Origin: Selaginella moellendorffii
Lineage: Eukaryota; Plantae; Lycopodiophyta
Assembly: GCF_000143415.4 (NCBI RefSeq)
Contig: NW_003314281.1
Coordinates: forward strand, 360,833 to 424,832
Direction: 5' to 3'
Length of the DNA stretch: 64,000 nucleotides
Of the stretch, positions 34,720 through 46,889 are shown piece after piece. A program made the position numbers and the translations under genes. Position 1 is the stretch's first letter. The number at the start of each line of letters is the position of its first letter. Under the pieces are notes generated by a model. The model saw only the letters and a program-made list of their open reading frames with translations, ran no database searches and had not been told where the DNA came from.

Positions 34720-37700
34720 ATGGCAAGGGCAGGGCGTAAGCGAACCCAGGCGGAGACAGAACCTCCGCCAGAGCTGGAGGCTCCGGTCGAACAAGAGGCT
34801 ATGGATGAGGAATCCTTGCATGAGGAGGACTCTAGTGAGGAAACTTCCAAACAGGAGTCCGGTGGCGAGGTTCGGTCGTCCAAGGCTCGATTGGACGTTC
34901 TAGAAGGTCAATTGGCGCAGACCAATGCCCTGCTGGAGACTCTCGTACGCAAGCTAAAGCGTGACGAGAAACGGAAGAAAAGGCGAAAGACTGCGGATGC
35001 TGGCAGCGCAGAAGGTGCGGACCCTTCGGCAGGGACTGAGGCAAAACCAGACAAGGTCGAACAGACCGAAGTGGAATCAGTCCCTCAGGCAGTTCCCAAG
35101 TACAAACCAAAGCCCCCACCGGTGTTCAAGGGAGTGAACGACTATAAGGTTGTGGAGGATTGGTTTTACGATATGGAGGACTACTTCCGAGCGTTACGGT
35201 TACCGAGCTCGGAGAAGGTCCCATGTGCAAAACCATACTTGGCAGATAATGCCAAGTCTTGGTGGAGAACAACGGAGGCCAACGAAGGACCGGTGGCCAC
35301 CTGGGACATGATGAAGGCGAGGATCCGCGCGACATACGTTCCTCCGAATGCCACTCTGCATCTGAGAGATGAGCTGAGTAGGCTGAAGCAGACTGGAACC
35401 ATCCAGGAATATGTGAATGGGTTCATGGCAAAGAGGATACTTGTCACGGACATGGGGGATATGGATGCGTTCCATGCCTTTATATCAGGTTTGCAAACCT
35501 GGGCTCGCGGTGAGGTGATGCGCTGGAACCCGACCAACTACAAGGAAGCGTTGGATGCGGCCATCAAGGTGCATTTCAACGATAACCTGCGAAAGGGGAA
35601 CACGACGGGGTCGGGATCCACGTTTCACAAAGGGGCCAAACCGAGGGGAACATATAGCAGGGGGAAGTTCAAGAAGAGTTTCTCTAAGAATGAGTCCTCG
35701 GGATTCCGGAAAGGCAAATCCGGTGGCCAGCGAGCAAGTACGTGGGGGAGTCAAGCGAAAAGAGACAAACCCACGGATAAGAAGGTCAAGTCATATAGCA
35801 GCGTGGGAAACAACGTATGCTACAACTGCGGTGAAGCGGGACACTTTTCGAGGGAATGTCCCTACCCGAAGAAGGCCAGAGCGAATATGGCCATCAAGTC
35901 GGGTGAAGTCCAAAATGAGGTATGTGATCCAGTCCCTAACTCAAAGTTACTCATTACACGAGCAACTTTGGTAGAGAGTCGTTCGCGACATCTACTAGCC
36001 CTCCGAGGGAAGCTCGGAGGTAGCTTTGTTAAGATCCTTATTGACACGGGTGCTTCGGATAATTTTGTGGCTGCAGACATAGTCCGGCAAGCCGGACTAA
36101 CGGTGCAGCGGCTAGGCGAACCAAGGACTATAGAGTTTGTTCAAGGTAGCCAAAGCACCGATGAGGTACTTCGACAAGCGAGAGTCGAAGTGGGGACTTG
36201 GAAGGTGGACATGGATTTCACCGTGTTGGACATGGCGGGATTTGACGTGATCTTCGGAATGGACTGGTTCAATCGATTCGTGGTAGCCCTGCATGGTTAA
36301 GGTAGAAACCTTGTGGTACTGGCGAATGCCCAAGGAAGAAGATCTAGGGTGGAAGCCCAGGATCTAAAGGTAGGGCAAAGCAAGGCCAAAGAATCCTGCT
36401 TAAACCTGGTGTCCACGAGAGGACAACTCACTAAAGGAACTAAGGCAGCCTTTTTGTGCTTACTCTCGGTGAAGAGTGACAAAAAGACAAGAACGGAAGA
36501 AGTGCCTTTAGTGATCCAGCGAGTGTTGGACCAATTCCAGGATACCATGCCGGAGGAGCTACCGGCGGGGTTGCCCCCCGCACGACCGATAGAACATAAG
36601 ATTGAGCTGGTCGAGGGCGCTGAGGCAGTGGTTCGTCCACCCTATCGTTTGAACGAAAAGGAACTCAAGGAGCTCAAGTGCCAACTAGAGGAGTTGGTGG
36701 ACAAAGGGTATGTTAGGTTGAGCAAGTCGCCGTATGGGGCGCCGGTATTATTTGTGAAAAAGAAAGATGGATCTATGCGCATGTGCATAGATTACCGGTT
36801 GCTCAACAAGTATACCAAGAAGAACAAGTACCCTTTGCCAAGGATTGAGGACCTGTTCGATAGGTTGGGAAAGGCAAAATACTTCTCGAGGATTGACCTA
36901 AGGTCAGGATACTACCAGATCAGGGTAGCCGAGGAAGATGTCGAGAAGACAACCTGTCGAACAAGGTATGGGAGCTTTGAGTTTCTAGTGATGCCCTTTG
37001 GGCTGTGCAATGCGCCGGCAACGTTTTCGGCGTTGATGAACCACATCTTTGTACCCTATCTGGATCACTTCGTGGTCGTCTATATTGACGACATCCTGAT
37101 CTATAGCGAGACGCTAGAGGAGCATGCCGAACACTTGGCGAAGGTGTTTGAGAAACTAAGGGAACACAAACTGTATGCTAAAGAGAGCAAATGTGACTTT
37201 GCTCAACAAGAGGTAAAGTTTCTCGGGCATGTGGTGGGCCAGGACGGGCTCAAGGTGGACCCGGAGAAGGTCCAAGCGATCCAGGAATGGGAGCGACCAT
37301 CGAATGTACATGAGTTGAGGGCGTTCCTGGGGCTATGCAACTACTATCGAAAGTTTATCAGACACTATTCGAGAGTAGCCCTGCCCTTAACAGACCAAAC
37401 AGGAAAAGGGAAGATGGTATGGACAGCAGAATGCGAGGCGGCATTCGTCCACCTCAAAGGGAAGTTGAGGAAGGCTCCCGTATTGGCATTACCAGACTTT
37501 GGTAAGGACTTTGAGGTAGAAACGGATGCTTCGGACTTTGCGTTGGGCGCAGTTTTGAAGCAGGACAACCATCCGGTAGCGTTCTTCTCGAAGAAGCTGG
37601 ACAAGGCTCAACGGAAGTGGCCTGCCCACGAGAAGGAATTGTTTGCGGTGGTCAAGGCACTCAAGGAGTGGCGACACTACCTTGGGAGACACTTCAAGGT

Positions 37701-39491
37701 TTACACGGACAATGTGGCAACGAAACACTTCTTGTCACAGCCCGACCTAAGAGGGAAACAAGGTCGGTGGGCCAATGCCTTGGCTGAGTTTGATTGCGAG
37801 ATTCTGTACAAGCCTGGGAAGAGCAACATCGTGGCGGATGCGCTAAGTCGAAAAGCGAGCTTGAGGTTGGCAATATCCAGCGCAACAGCAACCTTCTGGG
37901 ACGATGTGCGGACAGCATATGAGAACGATGGTCTAGCACAAGAAGTGTTGCTGAGGAATCTAGAGGCGCGGGAAGCTCACCAGAGAGGTGAGCTGCCAAC
38001 GGAAGAGAAAACGGGCTATGCGGAACGCAACGGACTCATCTATTACAAGCAAACGAGGGTGTATGTTCCAGAAGGGGAACTAAGGAAGGTGGCCTTAGAA
38101 GAGTGTCATGACGGACCTCTTGCGGGACACGGCGGAGTGCCCAAGACAATGGGCTTACTCAAAAGGAAGTACCATTGGCCAGATATGGCTAAGGACGTCC
38201 AAGACTATGTAAAGACATGCCCAACATGTCAGCAGGTAAAAGCCGTGACTAAGGCTAGTGGGGGCTTGTTGCAAAGCATCCCCATTCCAGATCGCCCGTG
38301 GAAATGTCTTACGATGGACTTCATCACGGGACTCCCCCCAAGCGAGGGGTTTGATGCGATATTCGTGGTGGTGGACCGATTTTCGAAAATGGCACATTTC
38401 ATACCCACCACAACGGACGTGGATGCGGAAGGTGTGGCGAAGCTGTTCTTCGAACAAGTGGTTCGAGTGCGGGGAAGGCCGGAAGAGATTATCTCAGATC
38501 GAGATAAGATCTTCACCAGTAGGTTCTGGAGGACTCTCCTGGAACAGTATCGCACCAAGTTGAAATTCAGCACAGCCTATCACCCACAGACAGGTATGGG
38601 GTATTGAGTCAAGTTGTTGGCACTAACACTTCTTGACAGACGGACAAACGGAAAGGGTGAATAGGCAGCTGGAGGATTATTTGCGATGCTATGTCTCGGG
38701 AGACCAGACCGATTGGGTAAGTCATTTGGGACTTGCAGAAATGTGTTATAACAACTCACCACATTCGAGTATCGGGGTGAGTCCATGGGAAGTCATCAAT
38801 GGGCGAGCTATTGAAGGTCCTGTGGAACTCGGCGTGGCCGAGTATCATGGAGAGTTGCCCGCAGTGGAGGCATTCACGGCGGAAAGACTCAGCATTTGGA
38901 ATCTAGTGAGGGATTCCTTGGAACGGGCTCAACAAAGGCAAACCAAATACGCGAACCAGAAGCGTCGGGATGTAGAGTTCCAAGCTGGGGAGAAGGTGTG
39001 GCTGAACACCAAGAACCTCAGACTACCAAGTGGGATCAGCCGAAAGTTGACCCAAAGGTAAAGATGCATGTATTCCCGTAAATGAATTGATCTTGAGTTC
39101 CTTAAGCAGGTTCGCGGGGCCTTACGAGATTGAGGCACGAATCGGTAAAGTGGCTTACCGACTCCGACTTCCTCGAGAGATGGGGAAGATGCACCCAGTG
39201 TTCCACGTGAACTTACTCAAGCCGTACTTTGAGGATCCGCTTCGCAAGGACCAAGTGAGACCTTTACCTGAGGTTATCCAAGGGGAAGAGGAATACGAAG
39301 TCGAGGCCATCCTCAATGCGCGCAAGAGCAAGCGACAAGGACGCGAGGTGAGAGAGTTCCATGTGAAGTGGAAAGGATTTCCACACTGCGAAGCAACATG
39401 GGAACCGGAGGAGAACCTAGCGAACGCGCGAGATCTAGTGGAGGAATTTCTGCAAGGCAGAACTCTATGTACTTATGCAAAATTCAATTAA
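34720..39491 (+). CDS. Gag-Pol polyprotein (gag-PR-RT-RH-INT-chromodomain), join(34720..38593,38640..39057,39110..39491), one in-frame TAA at 36298
   Basis: [43 protein letters not shown] and HHCC. Splicing restores [14 protein letters not shown] and KLTQRFAGPY. Chromodomain YEVEAIL...VKWKGF...ATWEPEENL. Spliced length is 4674 nt, or 1558 codons. Confidence 0.9.
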
Positions 39492-39584
39492 AAATATATC
39501 AGTTTGCAAAGTTGAGCTAATGGCATATGTTGGGACCCGAAGGCGCGCCAAAGGTAAGCTAATTAGCATGGGTTGGATAGGTCG

Positions 39585-39880
39585 ACCAGGCGTAGGGCAC
39601 TACGCCCGACTCCCTGCGGGGATGTCGAATCCGTAGACGTATTCTACGGAGGTTGGGTTCGAGTCCCAACCCCCTAGTAAAGCAAGGCTGGGTTCAAGTC
39701 CCGACCCTATACTAGGGCGTGGTGAGGTGAGGAATATAGGGACACCTATATTCCGTTGTCATGGGCTCTTGGCCGGGGAGGCTAACTTAGGCACACCGCT
39801 AAGTGGGGGGATGCCCCCGGAGACATGGACAACAAGTCGTAGGATAAAACGAGACGTTCGATGTGGGCATCGAACTTCTT
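39585..39880 (+). other. Highly structured 3' UTR RNA element (hairpin array with two tRNA T-arm/B-box mimics)
   Basis: At least 7 consecutive stems. GGTTGGG-TTCGAGT-CCCAACC at 39651-39671 and GGCTGGG-TTCAAGT-CCCGACC at 39686-39706. Confidence 0.7.
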
Positions 39881-40989
39881 CTATGGGTGGTGGAGTTGTA
39901 AGGAACCGACTCCCCGAGATGTCGTAGGCTAAAGGATCCCCAAAAGCTGGACCAAAATGACAAAGAGTTCATCGGATGGGACCAAGTCGAGGATCGAGTC
40001 CGAGACCGACTCGGAGACCGAGTTCGAGTCCGACTTCGAGACCGAGTCCGAGACCGACTCGGGGGCCAAGTTCGAGTCCGAGTTCGAGACCGAGTTCGAG
40101 TCCGAGATCGGGTCCGAGATCGAGTCCGGAATCGAGTCCGAACCCGAATCCGAAGTCGGATCCGAAATCGGGTNNNNNNNNNNNNNNNNNNNNNNNNNNN
40201 NNNNNNNNNNNNNNNNNNNNNNNNNNNNNNNNNNNNNNNNNNNNNNNNNNNNNNNNNNNNNNNNNNNNNNNNNNNNNNNNNNNNNNAGGGATAGTGAGGT
40301 CCAGGAACCAGTTTAGAAGGGACTCTCCAGTTGGGCTTCCAAACCGACTTGAGGTTGGGACTGGGACCGAGGGGCCTTGGGTGGGAGTGAGCACGGACTT
40401 GGCTGGTGCCGGAGGGGCCATCCAAGGAAGTGCTCAAGAGCAGCTCCCACTCCCGAAAGGGAAACCGATTGCGGTGCTCCCGGCTCAGGTGGAGTGGTGC
40501 CCCACTTGAGTACCTTGTGGCTCATTGGTCCTCGCCCTTCCGGGGGCTTGGGCCTTTCCTTCGGGATGGAAGTGGGGGGTAGAGGTACCCATACCGGGCC
40601 GTTAGGCCACGGTGTTTCACCCCGACGTCCCGAAGCAAGTGCTGCACCCAAGGCTTGGGATTTAGAGGGTCCCATGATCAAGCCTTGTGGTACCTTGGGG
40701 TGTTAGGAATCTAGAGGCTTGGTGTGCTTGGCTGCTTGTGCCTGCGGGGAGTGTAGCCGAACCTTAAGTCCAGTCTAACCCGGGGAGGGGGATTGGGAGA
40801 GATTTGGGAATCCGTAGATGGATGGCTAACACTCCGTTGCTCGTGCAGTGAGTAGCTGAAACCAAGTAGGAGCTGGTACCATAGGCGAGAACCTTGGCGA
40901 GGGAACTTAGCAAAAGCCAAGGCAGTGTTGGACGGATAGGCGAGGTAAGCTGGCAAAGTGGAAAGGAAAAATTTGTGGCTTACAACATC

Positions 40990-42600
40990 CTTGTGCCTTT
41001 GCTCACATCACAACATCATAGTAAGTTACCAAAAAGATGCCTACTGTAGTAGAGTTTGCCTTAGCGGAGTTTAACAAGCACAAAGCGATCCTCCAACAAT
41101 AGTAGGAACAACAGATCAAGCTCATAGAGGAGCTTTGAGCATTGAAGATGGCTATATAGGACCACCCTCGGTGACAACCCCATTGGTGTGAGGAGTGCAA
41201 GGTCTAGTCACATAGCACAACTCATTGTTGGTGGCTACATTCGGAGTTGCGCATGCAAAGATAAATGCCATGTGAGTAGAAATTCCAATGTCAACCATTT
41301 GCAAACAACACAACCCTAGATGTCTCCATGATTGAGTACTATGAGACACTTCATTAGCGTGCTATTAAAGCACTACTGGCAAATGATTGCAACAAATTTC
41401 CAATTCATGTGGCAAAGGAGTTGATAGTAAAAGTGGTTACCTGAGCTCAGAAGAAGTCACAGACAATAGTAGAGGAGAGCTCCAATAGTCCTTTCCCCTT
41501 TAATTTTCATTACTTGCTAGTTGCCCTTCTTGAAGGCATTTGCACCAGTGCTAGTGCCCTTGTTGATATCTTGCATGCATGCCAAACTTCACCAACATGC
41601 AGCCTAGAGGGTCTCTTTCAATGTTAGGTGGTCATTCAAGCAATTGTATTGACCAGGTCATAGCAACTCCAATCATGACAACACTTAGCACTTTTTGTTA
41701 TCAATTCTTGGCTTTTCTTCAGCAGCTTGAGGTCCCAATATGAGCTCTTTGTGGAGTGGTACCCTCTTCAGTCCCAGACATGACTCCCATTCCTATTGTC
41801 AATGCCACAATGGCTCTTGATCTTGGTGGCAATTGCAAGCATTGATGTGGAGGCTCTTACTAACTCCAGCTCACATAAACATTCTCTCCTCCACTCTTGC
41901 TCAACAAGTAAGCTTTCAAGTCCAAGAAATTCCAAGGTCATATTGGAAACCTTTGTAAATCACACTGTAACACCCGTAGGAATTTGCTGAAGTGTCCATG
42001 TTTTTATCCATGGTCACAAGTCCACAGCCAACTTCCTTGTCGTGGACTATATTGCTTTAGGAGCTTCCTTATAGGAGAAGTCCGTCATCTTGGGATAGCC
42101 ATGGTTAGATGCAAAGCCTTGTGTCTTCAACTTCGAGCATGAGCAGCTATAGATTGGGAGAGGAAACAACTAAGTGACAATTTTCAATACTAAGGGGTAA
42201 GCCTTGGCATCCTAGAACATGGATAAGGTTGCAAAAGTACCACTAAGCTCCTTTCCACAACGATCTGTTGGTTCTTCATCACTTGCTAACATAGCAATGG
42301 AATCTTAGTCTTTGTAATGTAGCATAGTCAATTTTTTCCACATAGATTGGACAACCTTGTCCCTCAACTTTTCCTCCATCCACTCTACATCATCGTGCTC
42401 ACTTGAGCTCAAGGAGGTAAAAGATCCAAGCAAGATTTTTGAGATTCCACAAATGCCTAAGTTGGAGAACACAATTTTCATGGTGCCTTTGGTGAGTAGA
42501 TTTCTTGAGACAAATCCTATTGTAGGGACACAAGAGGACACTTTACAACATATCTCATACAACTAGAGGTGCTAGATTTAGTTTTTCCTAGCTAAGAGAT
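40990..42600 (+). mobile_element. Continuation of the degraded Ty3/gypsy (gag C-terminus/protease relic)
   Basis: Zinc-knuckle-like relic, 'VVT*AQKK' matching 'IATRAQAKK' of the 380-2610 remnant, and stop-riddled frames. Confidence 0.5.
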
Positions 42601-42879
42601 TCCATACAAATCTATCGACGAGAGTAAAATCTGCATGAGTTTTCGAGTAGAAGCAAAAGCTTTTGAGCTTGTGGAGCATAATGTTAGCATCATATTTTTT
42701 GCCCTAAAATATGCTACTAAACACATGAATCAATTAGAAACTAACTTGAAACCTTCAATCCCCAAGAAAGCTCATGCAAGAGGTCATAAGTAAGGATAGA
42801 TTTGACATCACTAGAATATTCTGAGTTTTGAATATGTGGATGTGCATTGGTGATAAGCTAGAGTACAATAGAGATAGGG

Positions 42880-44000
42880 GATAGGGATCAAGTGCTAACT
42901 CTCCCCCTTAACTACTCCTACATAGTGGCAACTACCACTTCTTCTTGAATCCTAATTGTCAAGATTGTAAGCTTGAGTGCCAAGGTTATAATCTTGACTG
43001 TCAGGAAAATGCTTGAATGCATGGTTATTCAACTGTGTATCATCTTTTGCAATCACCAACACTTCACTCAACCACCAGATTCCCGAAAGTGATTCAGGCT
43101 GAGTTTAGCACATTAGAAGCACTCCTTCACAACATACAATACTCCACCTTATAACACATAGCTAAGCTCTATCTTTTCTCATAAACACACACTTTCACCT
43201 TAAACCTTCCCACCATCTTGTGCCCACATTGCATGGAGAACTAGGTTGTTTTAGTGGCATCCCAAGCCTTCTCTAGGATTTTTTTGAAACCTCTTGAACT
43301 TGTTCTAGCAAGGAAGGAGTAATTCTAGCTTAGTTGTGACATCTTAACATTTTAAGCACTAGTGAATGCCAACTTTTGCATCAACTTTCAAAACACTTAT
43401 TTTTCCATTTTATGAGTGGTGTTAATAGTCTTCTAAGATTGCACACTTCTATGGAGATAACATAATAAACAAACTTGTCTTTGTTTTAAAATTAAGTTTT
43501 ATTATAGATCACTAAAGCTTCCTCCAAAAGGACAACTTTTATCACAACATAATGCCTCTCTACTAATACTTTTTATCCTCTCAAACTAAGTATTTGACTT
43601 TGGATGTGATGCTTTTTTAAGTGGTGATTGCATATTGTGTTGCCTTGAAATAGGTGGAGACTTTCTCAAAGATTAAAAGGGAAATTAGGGAAGTTGCTTG
43701 GAGCAAACTGTGCATTTTCACTAGACAAAGATTGCACAAAATCCAATCCAAAATAAGACTTAATCAAGCTAGCCAAGTTAAGTTCTCAATTTGGCCAAGA
43801 AAAGCCAGTATAACTAAGGAAGGCTACACACACATGGTGCATGATGAGATAATTACTAAGGAGTTCAAGGCTAGAGTGAAAATCCAAGTGTGGGTGGCAC
43901 TATTTACTTTGATATTTTGTATATCTCATCAAAACCTTACTCTAGCCACATGGCTAAGGCACTCTAGTGGTGGAAAGTTGAAAATGTACCTATAAGACTC
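42880..44000 (-). mobile_element. Possible hAT-like transposase relic
   Basis: Only a weak 'NVGTRWW' motif on the minus strand near 43215-43235, resembling the hAT TRW motif. Confidence 0.2.
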
Positions 44001-44629
44001 ATGTTGGAGTGTTTCAAAATGTCATTCTAAAGGAAGAGGAGTGGTCTTTTTGCTTAGTGACCACGTGGTAAAGAAGTCCCAGAGGTTAGTAGGATTTAGT
44101 GGATGGGCCTTCAAGCCCTAGACTAGTGGTGGTGTTGATGAGCATTGCTATAGACAGAGAGAGATTTAGTGGGGATCAAACAAGTGATATTAAGGAATGG
44201 TGTTCCCCACTTCTAAGGGCATCATAAGGATGCTAATGGGTGGTCATAAGATGACCATTCATAGATGGATTGTTGTAATGCATATAATTATGGGATGAGA
44301 TTTAGATATATTATCAGCGTGAATCTTTACAATATTGGGGGATAAATGGGGATAAAATAGCTACTAAAGGCTTTTTTATTAAGCAATTGCCCCTTTTTTC
44401 ATTTGGCTTAAAAAAAGAGAAATAGGGTGCACTACAATGGCATAGTCTTTGGGAGATATAATTATGGTATAGGTCATCTTAAATTATTAATGAGACTAGT
44501 GTGAATGGACATGGCCTTACCATAATAGGCTAGTATGTCGATGGTACATTTGGGTGTTTATAGTGGGATTGGATACGTGGAGCACTTAGACCAAATGGTT
44601 CCATTGCACTCTTCCCCCTATTATCTCAT

Positions 44630-45468
44630 GTTGGTCCTTTAATATTCGCTAAATGATAGTTTATTGTGTTTGCCAAGACATTTTCACTATCATACGTTAT
44701 GTGTTAGTCTTGTTTAGTATTAACTATTTATGAAAAGTGACTATGTTTGCTAGTTAGACATATTTACAAAATATAAAGATTATCATAAACACAATGGTGT
44801 TATTCCCACATTTAGATATGCAATCTAGGGCCATTCTATATTTAGTAAATTCTCGTGATTATCCCAGAAATTAACTCTTGGGACTGGGATGAAAGCCCAA
44901 AACTTATGATCCACAAGAGGGGGGGGTGCAGCTATAGGCAACCCCCTATAGCCAGTTTAAAATAGTAGATAAGGATAGTAAATAAATAAGGCATGGTCGA
45001 TCAATTTGAGGTATAATTTAACTTTTACTTATGTATCTATCTTTGTTCTATATCTGGCTTGGGTCTAAACCCAATTCCATACCATACTAGATTATAAAGT
45101 ATTTATATCCTCATGTTAAACCATTAGTATGCTAAAATAATGTTAAATTCTCATTTGGCTCTATTTTGTGTGTTAGTCTTGACATTGGGATATTGGATGC
45201 TCTAAGAATGTTCTAATGCCACTTCATGCTCTTATCCCTTCGCTCATTAGGATATACATTTGGGAGTTGTCTTATGCTTTAATTCTTTTGCTCTTTGGTT
45301 GCATATTTGAGAGTTTAGCTTTGTTGTTTTGTATAGTGGCCCAAGGCCATAAAACTTAAGTTTCACTCCATTGCCCTTGGCTTATGTGACCAAGGGTTAT
45401 GATTCCACTCTATGGTTTTTCTATAATAAATCACTATAGGGTAAATGGTGAAAATTATATATGCTACA
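44630..45468 (+). repeat. Family A LTR copy (old, AT-drifted)
   Basis: Colinear with 9905-10764. Contains gggatgaaagcccaaa plus a G-run and ends gctaca. Confidence 0.7.
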
Positions 45469-46003
45469 AATATAAGAAAATCCTAAAGGTTAATGGGATT
45501 TAGTGGTTTTAGGCTTTGACCCAATGGCAGTATTGGCAAACATTGTCATAGATAGAATGGGATTTGGTAGGGACTAAAGGAAGGATATTAGGCAATGGTG
45601 TTCTCTATATTTTAGAGCATCCTAAAAATGCTAAAGTGTAATTATAAGGTAATCATTTATGGATGGATGGCCTAGTCTTTAGAAGACGAGATTATGGTAC
45701 AAATGGTTTCAAACTATTAATAAAAAATATCCTATAAATAAACCAAAAAAAAAACAATTCAAGAGATGGTTTATAAAGGTTCAAATATAAAGGAAAAAAG
45801 CCCATGAACAAGAGTGTTTTTTCAATCAAATAAGGGTTTTTGGATATTTGAGGTTAAATAACCTTAGGTTTGAATAATATTAAGCTAGGTGACTTCCTAG
45901 GAAGTCTAAATTCAAGAGCTTACACGTGCGAATAAATATAGTGTTAATGTAATAAGCTGATATGTGAAGGATACCCTTGGGCATCTATAGTGGAACTAAA
46001 CAT

Positions 46004-46606
46004 TTGGAGCACTTCCACCAAATGCAAGATGGTATGGCAAATCCCTAAGTCAGGATTAGGATGTAAAGAGGTTGTAAGTAAGATTTTTTTAAGTGGTCAA
46101 AGATATGGTTAAGTGACTAAAGTAAAATGGAAAAATTAGTCATTTACAAATACATCACTAACAAGTGTATTATTATGTCCAAGACTTAATATAATTTAAC
46201 ACTATAGACTAGTGGAGCACTTCCACCAAATGCAAAAATGGTATGGCAAATCCTTAAGTTGGGATAAGGATGTATAGAGTGTAAGCTCTTAAATTTGGAC
46301 TTCCAACCTAATACTATTCAAACCCAAGGACGTTTAACTTCAACTATCCCAAGACCCTTAACCGATTGGAAAAGGGGGTGCACTCTTATTCATGGGCCCT
46401 TTCCCTTTATATTTGAACCCCATGGACCGTCTCTCGAGTCGTTTTCTTTAGTTGCTTATATAGAGGTTGTGAGTAAAATTCTTTTAAATGGTCAAAGATA
46501 TAGTTAAGTGACTAAAGTAAAATGGAAAAATTAGTCACTTATAAATACATCACTAAAGAGTGCATTATTATATCTAAGACTTAATATAATCTAACACTAT
46601 AGACTA
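46004..46606 (+). repeat. ~208-bp tandem duplication; the second copy is interrupted by a solo LTR
   Basis: ggagcacttccaccaaatgcaa at ~46006 and ~46214. 46067-46211 matches 46462-46606. Confidence 0.85.
46280..46460. mobile_element. 181-bp solo LTR (or small TIR element)
   Basis: TGTAAGC...GCTTATA termini, a TAGAG duplication on both sides, and absence from the sister repeat copy. Confidence 0.8.
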
Positions 46607-46889
46607 AATGCAACCAAACAATATTTATAGATGGCAATATAGAAAATCAAGCAAGGCACAATACAATCAATGAGATCACATTTAATTGTAAATCATCTCT
46701 CAGAGGAGAAAAAATGATTTATTGATCACATATACTATATATAGCTAATAGAGTTGTTTACATAGTAATGCCCTTTTTAATGAAAAATAAGGAGAGAGGG
46801 GGGAGAAAGAGAGAGGTTATGTGATTAGTTTATAATAGTTACTCTATGATAAAAACCATATAGACAAAGTATTGAAATCAGTTTATCTA

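Larger units (their letters stand above)
33561..40984 (+). mobile_element. Young full-length chromovirus (Ty3/gypsy with chromodomain), intron-containing
   Basis: LTRs at 33561-34660 and 39897-40984 (TGTAAG...CTTACA). 5-bp TSD ACATC at 33556-33560 and 40985-40989. PBS TGGTATCGGAGCC (tRNA-iMet) at 34664-34676. PPT GGGTGGTGGAGT. Assembly gap at 40174-40286. Confidence 0.97.

Noticed and set aside
39645-39715. tRNA gene
   Set aside because: Only T-arm-like hairpins. No D-arm, anticodon arm or acceptor stem arrangement found.
40174-40286. N run
   Set aside because: Assembly gap over the array end and poly-G region, not biological.
44065-45670. Diverged direct repeats at ~44065-44270 and ~45472-45670
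   Set aside because: Real but too decayed to assign to an element or function.
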